Shown: positions 45,925-55,233 of the stretch, piece after piece
How the letters are laid out: each line of letters begins with the position of its first letter
Position numbering within the stretch: position 1 is the first letter of the stretch
Source: an uncultured virus (IMG/VR IMGVR_UViG_3300008107_000123)
Taxonomy: Duplodnaviria; Heunggongvirae; Uroviricota; Caudoviricetes
DNA: 64,000 nt
Reading direction: 5' to 3' (one strand)
Virus record (IMG/VR): IMGVR_UViG_3300008107_000123
Span: 1 to 64,000 of that record
Notes under the pieces: generated by a model
Database searches by the model: none
Told to the model about the DNA's origin: nothing
The model's input: only the letters and a program-made list of their open reading frames with translations
Program-made: the position numbers and the translations under genes

Positions 45925-46733
45925 TGAGTACCGATTATCACCCGGGATTCGAGGGCGGAGAGCCCGTCCCGCCGCAGCCTGAGGCCGAGGCACAGCCTCA
46001 GAACAACCCGTGGGAGCCGTGGCAGCAGGCCGGCTGGCAGCCGGATGAGGTGAACCCGTATGACGTCCGCCAGGCATACGACGGCTGGCAGGCGCTGGGC
46101 AACCGCGACACCCGCGACTACATGATGGAGCGCATGCTGCAGGGGAATGAACTCCCCGATGGCATGACCTGGCAGGATGCCAAGGAGGCGATCCAGCAGG
46201 CATGGCAGATGCGTCAGGACCCGTTCATGCAGCCGGGGATGGATCCCTACGGTCAGGAGCCCTACGGTCAGCCCGACCAGTACGGCTACACCGAGCAGGA
46301 CTACGCGCAGGCGGCCGCGCAGGGCGTCGACCCGTACCAACTGCGTAACGCATGGCAGCAGGACATCCGCGGTGAGCTTCAGCAGTTCCAGCAGCAGCTT
46401 GAGCAGCAGTACGAGGAGCGCGCTCAGGTTGAGGAGTTCACGCGCTCGATGGACGCGATCAAGGGCCAGTACAACTTGAACGACTCCGATATGTCGTTCA
46501 TCGCGCCTCGCGCCGCTGAGTACGTCCAGCCGGGCGTTCCGATGTCGCAGGCCATCGACCAGGCGTACAAGGACTTCGATGAGTGGCGCCGCAACGCCCT
46601 CGCGTCCATGGCGAGCCAGCAGCAGCAGGTTCCCCAGACCTTCTCGCCCGGGGGCATGGCCGCGTCGCCGGATCAGCCTCCCCGGTCGCTGGCCGAGGCC
46701 GCCAACATGATGGAGAATCGCTTCGGTCAGTAG
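45924..46733 (+). CDS. Capsid scaffolding protein (genome B)
   Basis: Homologue of 3736..4497 (NPWEPWQ, APRAxEYVQPG, PPRSLAEA). Confidence 0.7.
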   Translation: MSTDYHPGFEGGEPVPPQPEAEAQPQNNPWEPWQQAGWQPDEVNPYDVRQAYDGWQALGNRDTRDYMMERMLQGNELPDGMTWQDAKEAIQQAWQMRQDPFMQPGMDPYGQEPYGQPDQYGYTEQDYAQAAAQGVDPYQLRNAWQQDIRGELQQFQQQLEQQYEERAQVEEFTRSMDAIKGQYNLNDSDMSFIAPRAAEYVQPGVPMSQAIDQAYKDFDEWRRNALASMASQQQQVPQTFSPGGMAASPDQPPRSLAEAANMMENRFGQ

Positions 46734-46815
46734 GGTTGCGCTTACGCAGCCCTATCCGTAATATCGCGGGCGAGGCGCTTGCGTCTCACCTCCGGTCAAG
46801 GGGTTGGTTGGTGGG

Positions 46816-46850
46816 GGAAGGGCTCCTTCGGGAGCCCTTCCTATTTTCCC
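46816..46850 (+). terminator. Terminator-like hairpin between scaffold and MCP
   Basis: ggaagggctcc-ttcg-ggagcccttcc followed by tatttt. Confidence 0.7.
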
Positions 46851-46864
46851 CCGGCGCAATTAGG

Positions 46865-46952
46865 TATAGTTAAAGCGCACGGCGGTCGGCTCCGGCGGGT
46901 GGGCAAAGTTCCCCGGGAGGACGGTGCGGAATACGCGGGACACAAGTCTCGC
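46865..46952 (+). promoter_or_regulatory. MCP promoter (-10 TATAGT) and structured leader
   Basis: Leader homologous to 4536..4604 with pairing preserved. Confidence 0.6.
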
Positions 46953-46984
46953 TTCCCCGTCCTTTCGTTCAAGGAGATACCTAG

Positions 46985-48289
46985 ATGTCGCTTTATTCGG
47001 CATCCAGCGCATTCGCCAAGGACATCTGGCTCCCGGGGCTCAACTACGAGCTTCTGAGTGAGCCGGGCACCCTTCTGGGGTGGCTTGGTTCGTACACCGA
47101 CAGTCGCGTGACTGTCGATGTCGAGGGCCGTCGGTCCTACATCAAGCTCCGCATCGGTGATTCGCTGGGTCAGGCCACCATCGCACAGGGTGGCAACTAC
47201 CCCGACCCCGGGGACCCGACGTATGACGAGGCCCAGCTCAACCTGGCGCACCTGTCGCACGCTCTGTCGTTCACCATGGAGGAGCTGGCGCTCCTCGAGT
47301 CTGCTCAGGCCGCTGCCGTCCCGGTGATGGCTGAGAAGATGACCGCCGCCAAGGAGGCCATGTCCTCCGACATCGAGCGGCAGGCGTGGGGCGATGGCTC
47401 CGGCAAGCTCGCCAACGTGGCTTCGGACTCGGGCAGCACTATCACGCTCGACGCCACGACCTCGTCGCAGATCGACCGCGACCGCTTCATCTGGATCGAT
47501 GACGCGAACCGCGCTCGCTACGACGTCGTCCACGGCACGACTGGCGCCCAGCAGGTGACGGGCTTCACCGTGTCGGACATCAACGAGTCGACCAACGTCC
47601 TCACCTGCTCGGCCACGATGACCGCCTCCACCTCGGATGGCGTCGTCGTTCGTAGCGGGACCTGGGCGTCGGGCGGTGCCTTCTACAGCCTGGAGTTCCC
47701 GGGCGTGAAGTCGCTGGTCGCGACCGACAACACCTACATGGGCATCGACCGTACCGCTTCCGGTAAGGGGTACTGGCAGGCCATCGTGAACGGCAACTCG
47801 GGGACGCTCCGTCCGCTGACCGAGGAGCTGATTCACCAGACCATGAACAAGGTCGCGCGTCGCAGCGGTCGCCACCCGCAGGGTGACTACGCCGCGTTCG
47901 CCTCGCCGGGTTCGTGGACCGCTTACCACCAGATCATGACGCCGGGCCTCCGTTACACGGTGGACGGTGCGGCGGACATCGGCTTCGGCCGTCCGCTGGA
48001 GATGCTGGGCGTGCCGCTTTACCGCGGCGTCCGTTGCCCGCGCAACTCGATCTACCTGCTGAAGAAGTCGTCGCTGAAGTTCGTGCGCCCCAAGCACACG
48101 AAGCCGGGCGACCTCCTCAACTTCGTCAACCTGGGCGGTTCGGAGTTCTTCCTCCAGAACGCGTCCAGCGGTCAGGGCCACGCGGCTGCCGTTGTGGCTT
48201 ACCTCGACGGGTTCCTCGGCATGATGTCGACCAAGCCTCGCGATCACGCGCTGCTGGGTGACATCTCCGAGGTGGCTTCGGCCTACTAG
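46985..48289 (+). CDS. Major capsid protein (genome B)
   Basis: Homologue of 4640..5944; AAGGAG RBS. Confidence 0.88.
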   Translation: MSLYSASSAFAKDIWLPGLNYELLSEPGTLLGWLGSYTDSRVTVDVEGRRSYIKLRIGDSLGQATIAQGGNYPDPGDPTYDEAQLNLAHLSHALSFTMEELALLESAQAAAVPVMAEKMTAAKEAMSSDIERQAWGDGSGKLANVASDSGSTITLDATTSSQIDRDRFIWIDDANRARYDVVHGTTGAQQVTGFTVSDINESTNVLTCSATMTASTSDGVVVRSGTWASGGAFYSLEFPGVKSLVATDNTYMGIDRTASGKGYWQAIVNGNSGTLRPLTEELIHQTMNKVARRSGRHPQGDYAAFASPGSWTAYHQIMTPGLRYTVDGAADIGFGRPLEMLGVPLYRGVRCPRNSIYLLKKSSLKFVRPKHTKPGDLLNFVNLGGSEFFLQNASSGQGHAAAVVAYLDGFLGMMSTKPRDHALLGDISEVASAY

Positions 48290-48297
48290 GAGTCCTG

Positions 48298-48708
48298 ATG
48301 GCACTCACCGTCACGATCAACAAGACCGACACCGTCGGTCGCTACCTCAAGGTCAAGACCGGAACGATCACGTTCGACTCCTCGTACCCCACGGGGGGCG
48401 AGTCCCTGTCGAAGAGTGACCTCGGCTTCTCGTCCTCGGTGGAGACGTTCGTGGCGTCGCCCAACGGCGGCCTCATCTTCGAGTACGACTTCACCAACTC
48501 GAAGCTCGAGGCGTTTTACCCCACTGGTGGTTCGGCCACCCCGGCGTCGCTTGCGGCGCCGGCGGTGACCGTCCCCGCGGGGGCCACGGGCGTGACGTCC
48601 AGCGCCGCCCAGCCGAATCTCACCGAGACGGCCGGGATCGCGGCAGAGGTTGGTAACACCACCGACCTCTCGACCATCACCACCTACTTCATCGCTTTCG
48701 GTTACTAG
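48298..48708 (+). CDS. Putative capsid decoration protein
   Basis: Near-identical to 5947..6357. Confidence 0.6.
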   Translation: MALTVTINKTDTVGRYLKVKTGTITFDSSYPTGGESLSKSDLGFSSSVETFVASPNGGLIFEYDFTNSKLEAFYPTGGSATPASLAAPAVTVPAGATGVTSSAAQPNLTETAGIAAEVGNTTDLSTITTYFIAFGY

Positions 48709-49185
48709 ATGAAGCTCGCCAGCACTCCCGTCAATGAACTGCTGTTCCCCGACTGGCGTTTCGTGGAGGAGGATCTCCACAACGTGTCCACTCGGGTGCA
48801 GGAGTACGACGCGGAGGCCCGACTGGCCCGGGACGATGTCTCGGGCCAGTTGGGTCTGGCGAGGCGTATCTCCAACCCCGACCCGACCGGTACCGGTTCC
48901 ATCTGGGTGATCGCCAAGCGCCTGATGGACTCTGAAGACGAGCCCCTTGTGGGCGAGCCCGATGCGCGTGTGCTGGAGCAGCAGCGGGCCTCGGATGCGT
49001 TCCGCATCCAGAACATGGCGGCGTGGCACCGCACCCAGGAGAAAGTCTGGGAGGCGAATGAGCGCCGCCGCATCCAGCGCGAGATCGAGAAGAACATGGC
49101 GAACGCCGAGGAGTTCGTCTGGACGGCACGCCGGAAGGACTTGCACCAGGCGGCCCCCATCACCGTTGCTAAGGACGTCGCGTAG
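48709..49185 (+). CDS. Hypothetical protein
   Basis: Homologue of 6365..6844. Confidence 0.7.
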   Translation: MKLASTPVNELLFPDWRFVEEDLHNVSTRVQEYDAEARLARDDVSGQLGLARRISNPDPTGTGSIWVIAKRLMDSEDEPLVGEPDARVLEQQRASDAFRIQNMAAWHRTQEKVWEANERRRIQREIEKNMANAEEFVWTARRKDLHQAAPITVAKDVA

Positions 49186-49883
49186 TGGCAAGCGGCGACT
49201 TCGCTGACCTCTACACCAAGGCGATCTACGGATCGCGCCGCGACCCCTCTGACTCCTTCGACGTCGCCCGCGCGAAGGACGCCGTCAACGAGGCACTGCA
49301 GGCCGTCTCCTTCACGGGCGACCCGTGGAACTGGCTTGAGCGCGAAGGCGAGATCACGCTGCAGGTCGGCGCTGACGTCTACTCCTACGCGACCATTTCG
49401 ACCGCCCTCGGCGTGACCATGGCGGAGATCCTGTCTCTGGTCATGGACAACCAGGACGGCGGATACCGCCTTGAGTCGATGTCGTGGGACGCCCTCGAGA
49501 ACGTGACCTACGGAACGCAGGACGACGAGCAGGCGGGCGAGCCGATCTTCTGGGCTGATTGGGATTCCAAGATCCGCCTCTACCCGAAGCCCGACGAGGC
49601 GTACACCCTCGGCGTCTTCTACCGGGCGTACCAGTCCGAGCTGGTCAACGACTCCGACACGCCGCTCATGCCCCTTGAGTGGCGCACCCGCCTTGTCGTT
49701 CCCTACGCCTGCATGCGTCTGCTCCGACAGGAGGGCGGCGGCGAGGCTGCGTCTGAGGCCGACCGCTACGCGGGCGAGTACCAGAAGGCGTTCAACGACT
49801 GCCGCGCGGTTTGCGCGACGATGCACTCGCCTGAGATGCGCCTCGCCTCTCCGTCTTGGCGCAGTCAGATGTGGATGGGTTGA
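49185..49883 (+). CDS. Head-tail adaptor
   Basis: Homologue of 6837..7544. Confidence 0.7.
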   Translation: MASGDFADLYTKAIYGSRRDPSDSFDVARAKDAVNEALQAVSFTGDPWNWLEREGEITLQVGADVYSYATISTALGVTMAEILSLVMDNQDGGYRLESMSWDALENVTYGTQDDEQAGEPIFWADWDSKIRLYPKPDEAYTLGVFYRAYQSELVNDSDTPLMPLEWRTRLVVPYACMRLLRQEGGGEAASEADRYAGEYQKAFNDCRAVCATMHSPEMRLASPSWRSQMWMG

Positions 49884-49884
49884 C

Positions 49885-52113
49885 ATGAGGCAGATGGTCG
49901 TCGCACGACCCTTTGCCGGCGGCTACCGGACCGACGTTCCCGACTACGCGCTCAACCCCAACGAGTGTGCGTACTCGCAGGATCTGATCTACCCCTTCGG
50001 CATCGCCCAGCAGAGGTGGGGCTGGTCGTATGACGGGACCACGGCCGACGTCGCGGCGAACCTCGTTGGCGTCAATAGGTCGCGGTACCCAATCCCCGGT
50101 CGCACAGTGACAATCACCGCAGACGCCGACGGTGACTTCTGGACCCACAATGCGTCCGCCGCCGGGACACTTGCCTTTAGGGATCGCGCCCCTTCCAGCG
50201 CCGTGTGGATTCCGCGCTGCATGTACAACGGTGACGTCATTTTCTGCGCCCAAGACGGCGAGACACCGCTCCTTCGTTACTCGGGATCGCAGATGTCCGC
50301 CAGTAGCTACATGGGCTCAGGGAGCTGGACTTTCAGCATCCCCAACGGTTCCTCGACTATCAAAGTCAACACATCGGTTTCGTGGCCTGCTGGCCCAGAT
50401 CCGGATCCTTTCCCGCCAACGACAGACGTTCCGGCATTCGTGTATGTCGACCGTTGGAACGCGACGACGTTCGGTGCATTTGCTCCCATCCCGAAAGTGA
50501 GTTTGCGCGCTCTTGCGACCGCCAACTCCACCATCTCTGGCAACACCTTCATATCCCAACTGACTCTTGAGGCGGTGAGAAACAACCAAGGTTCCGCGAC
50601 TTATGGGACTCTCGTTTCCTCACTGAAGGTGCTTCCGGTGGGTTTCGCGTGGCCCGGGGTATCCATCAACGACACAGGTTCTGTCGTGAGCCGTGCGAGC
50701 GCGGTCTACACCCTTGAGGGCGTGAACCTTTCGGGTATTCCCCTCATCGACAGCAGCAAGGACTACCTGGACGCGCTACTTGTGATCAACCCGACTAACG
50801 GGGGCGATCACTACATCACGAACGTCAACTCTTACACGGCGACGACAATCAACGGCGACTACTTCCCGTCGTGGTCGGTGAACAACACCCAGTACCGAAT
50901 CCTGCGCCGCTTGCCGTTCAAGGACGCGACCGTCCACAAGAACTCGTTGTGGGGTACGGGCGTCAAGCAGTACCCCAACCGTGTCTACGTTGCCCCACCG
51001 CTCTGGAACATGGGCATACCGCCGGGTGCAGTTGAGCCGTGGGATCCCATGGACGGGTTCCAAGACATTGACGAGTTCACCCTTACTCCCATCGATGTCC
51101 CATCGCGTTACGACACCGACCCGGTTGTCGCCCTCCTTCCCACCCCGGGACCGCTGCTCGTCCTCAAGGGGGCGTCGGTGTACGGGATCTACGGAACCTA
51201 TCCCAGCTATGAGCAGACGATCCTCACGACGGGCGCCGGGTGTATTGACCTCCGCTCTGCAATATCGGTCGACGGCATCGCCTACTGGGCAGGCCGTGAC
51301 GGCGTCTTCATGTACACGGGCGGACAGATCGTTCCGATTAGCCGCGGTCGGATCGAGCGCGAGTGGCAGGCGCTCATGCGTGGCTATGTGCAGGGGACCT
51401 CGTATGTGTCTGCCGCTGTGGTCGCAGGCCACCTGATCATCTCTGCTGGCGGACTGACCAGCACCGCCACCAGTGAAGCCAAGATCGGGCCCGACTCTTC
51501 CAATCCGACGGAGCGCACCTTCATCTACGACCTCGAGGCGAGGCAGTGGACGTCGCGGATGAGCAACGCCCGCATCCGCAACATGGCGTCGGTGCGCGTG
51601 CCGGGTGAGGTCGACTCGATCTTCGCCGTGAGCGACGACCGGCAGGGTCGGGTCATCGACCTCACGCCGACGATCACCGGCACCAAGTGTACGAACCGCG
51701 CGTCGCAGACACTGGCTGACGCCGACTCCACCGACGCGGCCGGCACGGGCCCGCGCCTGCGGGCGTGGTCGTCGGCATCCCTTGCTCAGGCAAGCGGGAT
51801 CGAGGGCGAGGCCCGCATGATGGACATGTCGATCCACACGAACCTCTACGACTCCGGCACGCCGGCCACCGCGTCTCTTGCGATCAGCACCGCGCATGGC
51901 GAATCGCTGAACCAGGACGCGACGGCGGTCGTGGTTCATTCACCGGTTGCAGGAGACAACACAGACCGCGTCGACCGCAGCAAGCGCCGCATCAACCGGA
52001 CCGGCCGCCTGCATCAGCTTCGCGTCGACCTTGCGACGACATCCGCAACGACCAAGAAGACGCAGATCCCCGAAGTCACGGCGACTTTCCGTGACAACCG
52101 GAGGATGACATGA
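49885..52113 (+). CDS. Tail nozzle / stabilisation protein
   Basis: Start MRQMVVA (49885); homologue of 7545..9737 with a divergent central part. Confidence 0.7.
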   Translation: MRQMVVARPFAGGYRTDVPDYALNPNECAYSQDLIYPFGIAQQRWGWSYDGTTADVAANLVGVNRSRYPIPGRTVTITADADGDFWTHNASAAGTLAFRDRAPSSAVWIPRCMYNGDVIFCAQDGETPLLRYSGSQMSASSYMGSGSWTFSIPNGSSTIKVNTSVSWPAGPDPDPFPPTTDVPAFVYVDRWNATTFGAFAPIPKVSLRALATANSTISGNTFISQLTLEAVRNNQGSATYGTLVSSLKVLPVGFAWPGVSINDTGSVVSRASAVYTLEGVNLSGIPLIDSSKDYLDALLVINPTNGGDHYITNVNSYTATTINGDYFPSWSVNNTQYRILRRLPFKDATVHKNSLWGTGVKQYPNRVYVAPPLWNMGIPPGAVEPWDPMDGFQDIDEFTLTPIDVPSRYDTDPVVALLPTPGPLLVLKGASVYGIYGTYPSYEQTILTTGAGCIDLRSAISVDGIAYWAGRDGVFMYTGGQIVPISRGRIEREWQALMRGYVQGTSYVSAAVVAGHLIISAGGLTSTATSEAKIGPDSSNPTERTFIYDLEARQWTSRMSNARIRNMASVRVPGEVDSIFAVSDDRQGRVIDLTPTITGTKCTNRASQTLADADSTDAAGTGPRLRAWSSASLAQASGIEGEARMMDMSIHTNLYDSGTPATASLAISTAHGESLNQDATAVVVHSPVAGDNTDRVDRSKRRINRTGRLHQLRVDLATTSATTKKTQIPEVTATFRDNRRMT

Positions 52114-52697
52114 GTACGCAGTTCTCATGGGGCTTCCCCGAGGACGGTGCGGGCGTCGACGTCATGGCTCCGCAGCCCGAGGCCATGATCCGCGAAGCCT
52201 TGCGCGTCGGCGTCAACGCATCGACGTTTCCCCCGATGGAAGCCTCGCCAAACGGTCAAGGTTCCTCGGGGCTTGGCATCCAGAACGTCAAGCGCGGGTA
52301 CCTCAACCTGGTCGTCCCCTACGACAGCTCCGTCGTCGGGGTGGACTTCCAGACCTCATCCAAGAGTTTCGTTGATGTCAGCGCGGAGCTGACCGGGTCG
52401 CTTCTGACCTCGGGACGGCCGGTCATGATCATGATCCGCTGCGGTGAGAATGGGTCACTCGGCGCTAGCGACACCGTCTACTTCAGCGTGCGTATCGACG
52501 GTGCCGAGGTAACCGGGAGCCTCGGGCTCGTCTACAAGAAGGCCGGTCCCGTCCCGATGACGACGGGAGTGTGGTTCGCGCAGCCGAGCGCCGGGACCCA
52601 CACCTACTCCATGGTCTGGAAGGTCGACGCGCTTGCCACGACGACGCCGCTCATGACCCGCTCCTCCCGTCCCTTCCTGACAGTGGTGGAACTGTGA
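52110..52697 (+). CDS. Putative tail accessory protein
   Basis: Same slot as 9737..10291 but no visible similarity; beta-rich, SAGTHTY motif. Confidence 0.5.
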   Translation: MSTQFSWGFPEDGAGVDVMAPQPEAMIREALRVGVNASTFPPMEASPNGQGSSGLGIQNVKRGYLNLVVPYDSSVVGVDFQTSSKSFVDVSAELTGSLLTSGRPVMIMIRCGENGSLGASDTVYFSVRIDGAEVTGSLGLVYKKAGPVPMTTGVWFAQPSAGTHTYSMVWKVDALATTTPLMTRSSRPFLTVVEL

Positions 52698-53599
52698 GTA
52701 CCAACTACTTCAACCCGATCACCTACATACCGCGCGCCCCGACGCAGACGCCGGTTCGGCTGCCGAACCAGACGTCGGTTACGTTGCCAACAGCGAACCC
52801 CAACTGGACGACCGTAACGGGCTACTCGCCCATTGGTCCGAACAATCAGGCTGCCGCGCCGAACCAAGGGAACATCGCGTCATTGGCTGCTGGCCTCTAC
52901 GGATCGGGCACGCCTGGGCAGCCGGGGTACGTCCCGGGCTTGAACGAGCGCGTTGCGACGCAACTCGGTCAGGCGCGCAACAACGCACGCGACGCCCTTC
53001 GAGGCTTCGGCGGCGTCTCGTTCCGCGCCGACGACCCGTCGACGCCGAACGTCGATGAGTCACTGATGATGGACTACAGGCCCGACCAGCTCGGCAGGAA
53101 CGAGCGTCAGGCTGTTCTCAGCGCCCGCGCTCAGGCGAACGCTCGAGGGATGCTTAGTTCTGGGTTCGCTGATCAGATGGTCGGGTCCGCCCTCCAGCGC
53201 GTTGGCGAGCAGGCCCGCGCCATCGTGAACCAGTACTCGAACCAGATCAACGAGATCGCCAACCGGAACTTCGATCCGTTGACCGGCCTTGCCGTTCAGA
53301 CGCTCGGCCAGATCCAGAGCCTGTATGGCGCTGACACGCAGTGGGCTGCAACTCAGGAACTTCAGCGGCCAGCGCCGACGCCGGCTGCTACGCCGCCTGC
53401 GTCGGAGCCCGTGTCTGCAACTCCTCCTCCCCCGTCAACTCCCGCCCGCGCATCAGGGTCGACCCTCTGGTCGGGTAGGTCGCAGCCGACGACAACGTGG
53501 GCCGATAGCCAGTTCGGCCCCGGCAACTACCGGATCGTGCAGGAGTCGCAAATCGTCAATGGACGTCGCGTCCCCAAGTGGGTAGTGAGGGCTAGGTAG
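52694..53599 (+). CDS. Putative internal virion protein
   Basis: GTG start giving MSTNYF, matching 10307. Confidence 0.55.
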   Translation: MSTNYFNPITYIPRAPTQTPVRLPNQTSVTLPTANPNWTTVTGYSPIGPNNQAAAPNQGNIASLAAGLYGSGTPGQPGYVPGLNERVATQLGQARNNARDALRGFGGVSFRADDPSTPNVDESLMMDYRPDQLGRNERQAVLSARAQANARGMLSSGFADQMVGSALQRVGEQARAIVNQYSNQINEIANRNFDPLTGLAVQTLGQIQSLYGADTQWAATQELQRPAPTPAATPPASEPVSATPPPPSTPARASGSTLWSGRSQPTTTWADSQFGPGNYRIVQESQIVNGRRVPKWVVRAR

Positions 53600-53601
53600 A
53601 C

Positions 53602-55233
53602 ATGGCACGCCGACGCAGGTACCCCCAGTTCCGCCTTCCCACCGACAACGGGTTCATCCCGCAGGCGAACTTCGACGCCCCTGGTGGCCCGCGCTTGGTG
53701 ACCCAGCCGCGCCCGGGGCGCGTCGTGCGCGAGCGTATGGACACGCCGGAGTTCGCCCTCCCGAACGTCGGTGGCCTGCGCGTCGTGCGCCGCCGCGTCG
53801 GCAACGGGGTCCGTGACCTGGTCATGGATCAGCAGGGGAACGTCCTCCTCAACATTGCGGGCACCGGAGCGCGCCCGACGATCCAGCGGTCCAACACCGG
53901 ACCCGATGGCCGCGGGCGCCTTGTCGTCAGGCGTCCCGGGGCTGCCCCCGGGGCCGGTGCCGCTCCCACCGGCCCCGGCGCGGGCGGCGACGTCGTTTGG
54001 ACGGGGCGCGTCAACCCGAACACCACGACCCTCAACACTCGCTTTGGCGAAGGCAACTACGTCGTCGCACAGGAGAACGGTCGTTACGTCGTGCGCCGCA
54101 AGCCCGTCACTGCGCCGGGCCCGCCCGACCCCTACGCGGACTACAACGACTACCCCTTCATCAAGAACTACTTGAGGGGGATGGACGACACTTACACGGG
54201 CTTCCAGAACTACCTCACCAATACCTACAACCCGCAGATCACCGCAGCGTCGCAGGCGCTGACCGCGCAGCGGCTGGCGGCCGGCGGGTCGTACAACAAC
54301 GCGATCCAGAACTACGCGGGCTCGGCCGGCAACGTCGCCGCTGCGATGACCACGCCGCAGGTGGCGGGCATGACCGGCGGCACGGTCCAGGCTCCGAACC
54401 AGAACGCGCTCGGCGCCGCGCAGTCGATGGCAGCGACGGCCGCCGCCGCCCGCAATATCGACGCCGGAGCGCGCACCGCGCTCGGCGGGCTCGAGGCCGA
54501 GAAGATGGGTCAGTCGTTTCTCGGATCGGCCATGGGCTACGGAGCCGGGCTCCTCAACCAGTACGGCCAGAAGCGCCAGTCCGAGCGGCTGAAGATGGAT
54601 CAGTGGATCGCGGAGCAGAAGGCCGCCGAGAAGGCCGCGAAGGACAAGATGGATCTGGAGATGCTGAAGCTTGATCAGTCGATGATCAACTCGCTGATCG
54701 TCTCTGGTGACCGGGCTGCGGCACGCGCTGTGACCCAGCGCGGTCAGGACATCGCTGCTGCGGATGACGCCGCAGACAACGCCCGCGCCGGCCAGTTGCA
54801 GCCAAGCGACCTCTTGCGCGGTTACAGCAAGCTGCCAAAGGGCGCAGGCGCTAAGTGGCGTAAGCCGGGTGCGGTGCAGGATGCGAACGGCGACTGGTGG
54901 AACCCGAAGCCGGGCGGTTCGGGTGGCGGTTCTGGCGGCGCTCCGTCTGACTCTGCTCGGGCTGCTCGCATCAATGACTTCAAGAACAAGTGGTCACCGG
55001 GTGAGACTGACCCAGCGACGGGTCAGGCGAAGCCCTCTACTTGGGGTAAGACGCCACAGCAAAGGATTTCTGCTGCTGCGGTCTTCATCAAGACGAACAT
55101 CAGCCTCTTCCCCACCCTCAAGAAGGGTAAGCGCGGCGAGGTCGACAGTTTCTTGATCTTGGCTGGAGTCACTAACAAGAACGTCAGGAACGCGATCATC
55201 GACCAGGCGATCCAGTTGGTCGGCCGTGGCTAG
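53602..55233 (+). CDS. Putative internal virion protein
   Basis: Distant homologue of 11170..12708. Confidence 0.55.
   Translation: MARRRRYPQFRLPTDNGFIPQANFDAPGGPRLVTQPRPGRVVRERMDTPEFALPNVGGLRVVRRRVGNGVRDLVMDQQGNVLLNIAGTGARPTIQRSNTGPDGRGRLVVRRPGAAPGAGAAPTGPGAGGDVVWTGRVNPNTTTLNTRFGEGNYVVAQENGRYVVRRKPVTAPGPPDPYADYNDYPFIKNYLRGMDDTYTGFQNYLTNTYNPQITAASQALTAQRLAAGGSYNNAIQNYAGSAGNVAAAMTTPQVAGMTGGTVQAPNQNALGAAQSMAATAAAARNIDAGARTALGGLEAEKMGQSFLGSAMGYGAGLLNQYGQKRQSERLKMDQWIAEQKAAEKAAKDKMDLEMLKLDQSMINSLIVSGDRAAARAVTQRGQDIAAADDAADNARAGQLQPSDLLRGYSKLPKGAGAKWRKPGAVQDANGDWWNPKPGGSGGGSGGAPSDSARAARINDFKNKWSPGETDPATGQAKPSTWGKTPQQRISAAAVFIKTNISLFPTLKKGKRGEVDSFLILAGVTNKNVRNAIIDQAIQLVGRG

Noticed and set aside
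46841..48304. Long antisense ORFs (also 5117..5836, 43672..44649, 48705..49886, 50776..51939, 38245..39219)
   Set aside because: Shadows of GC-biased codon usage opposite well-supported genes; no RBS or motifs
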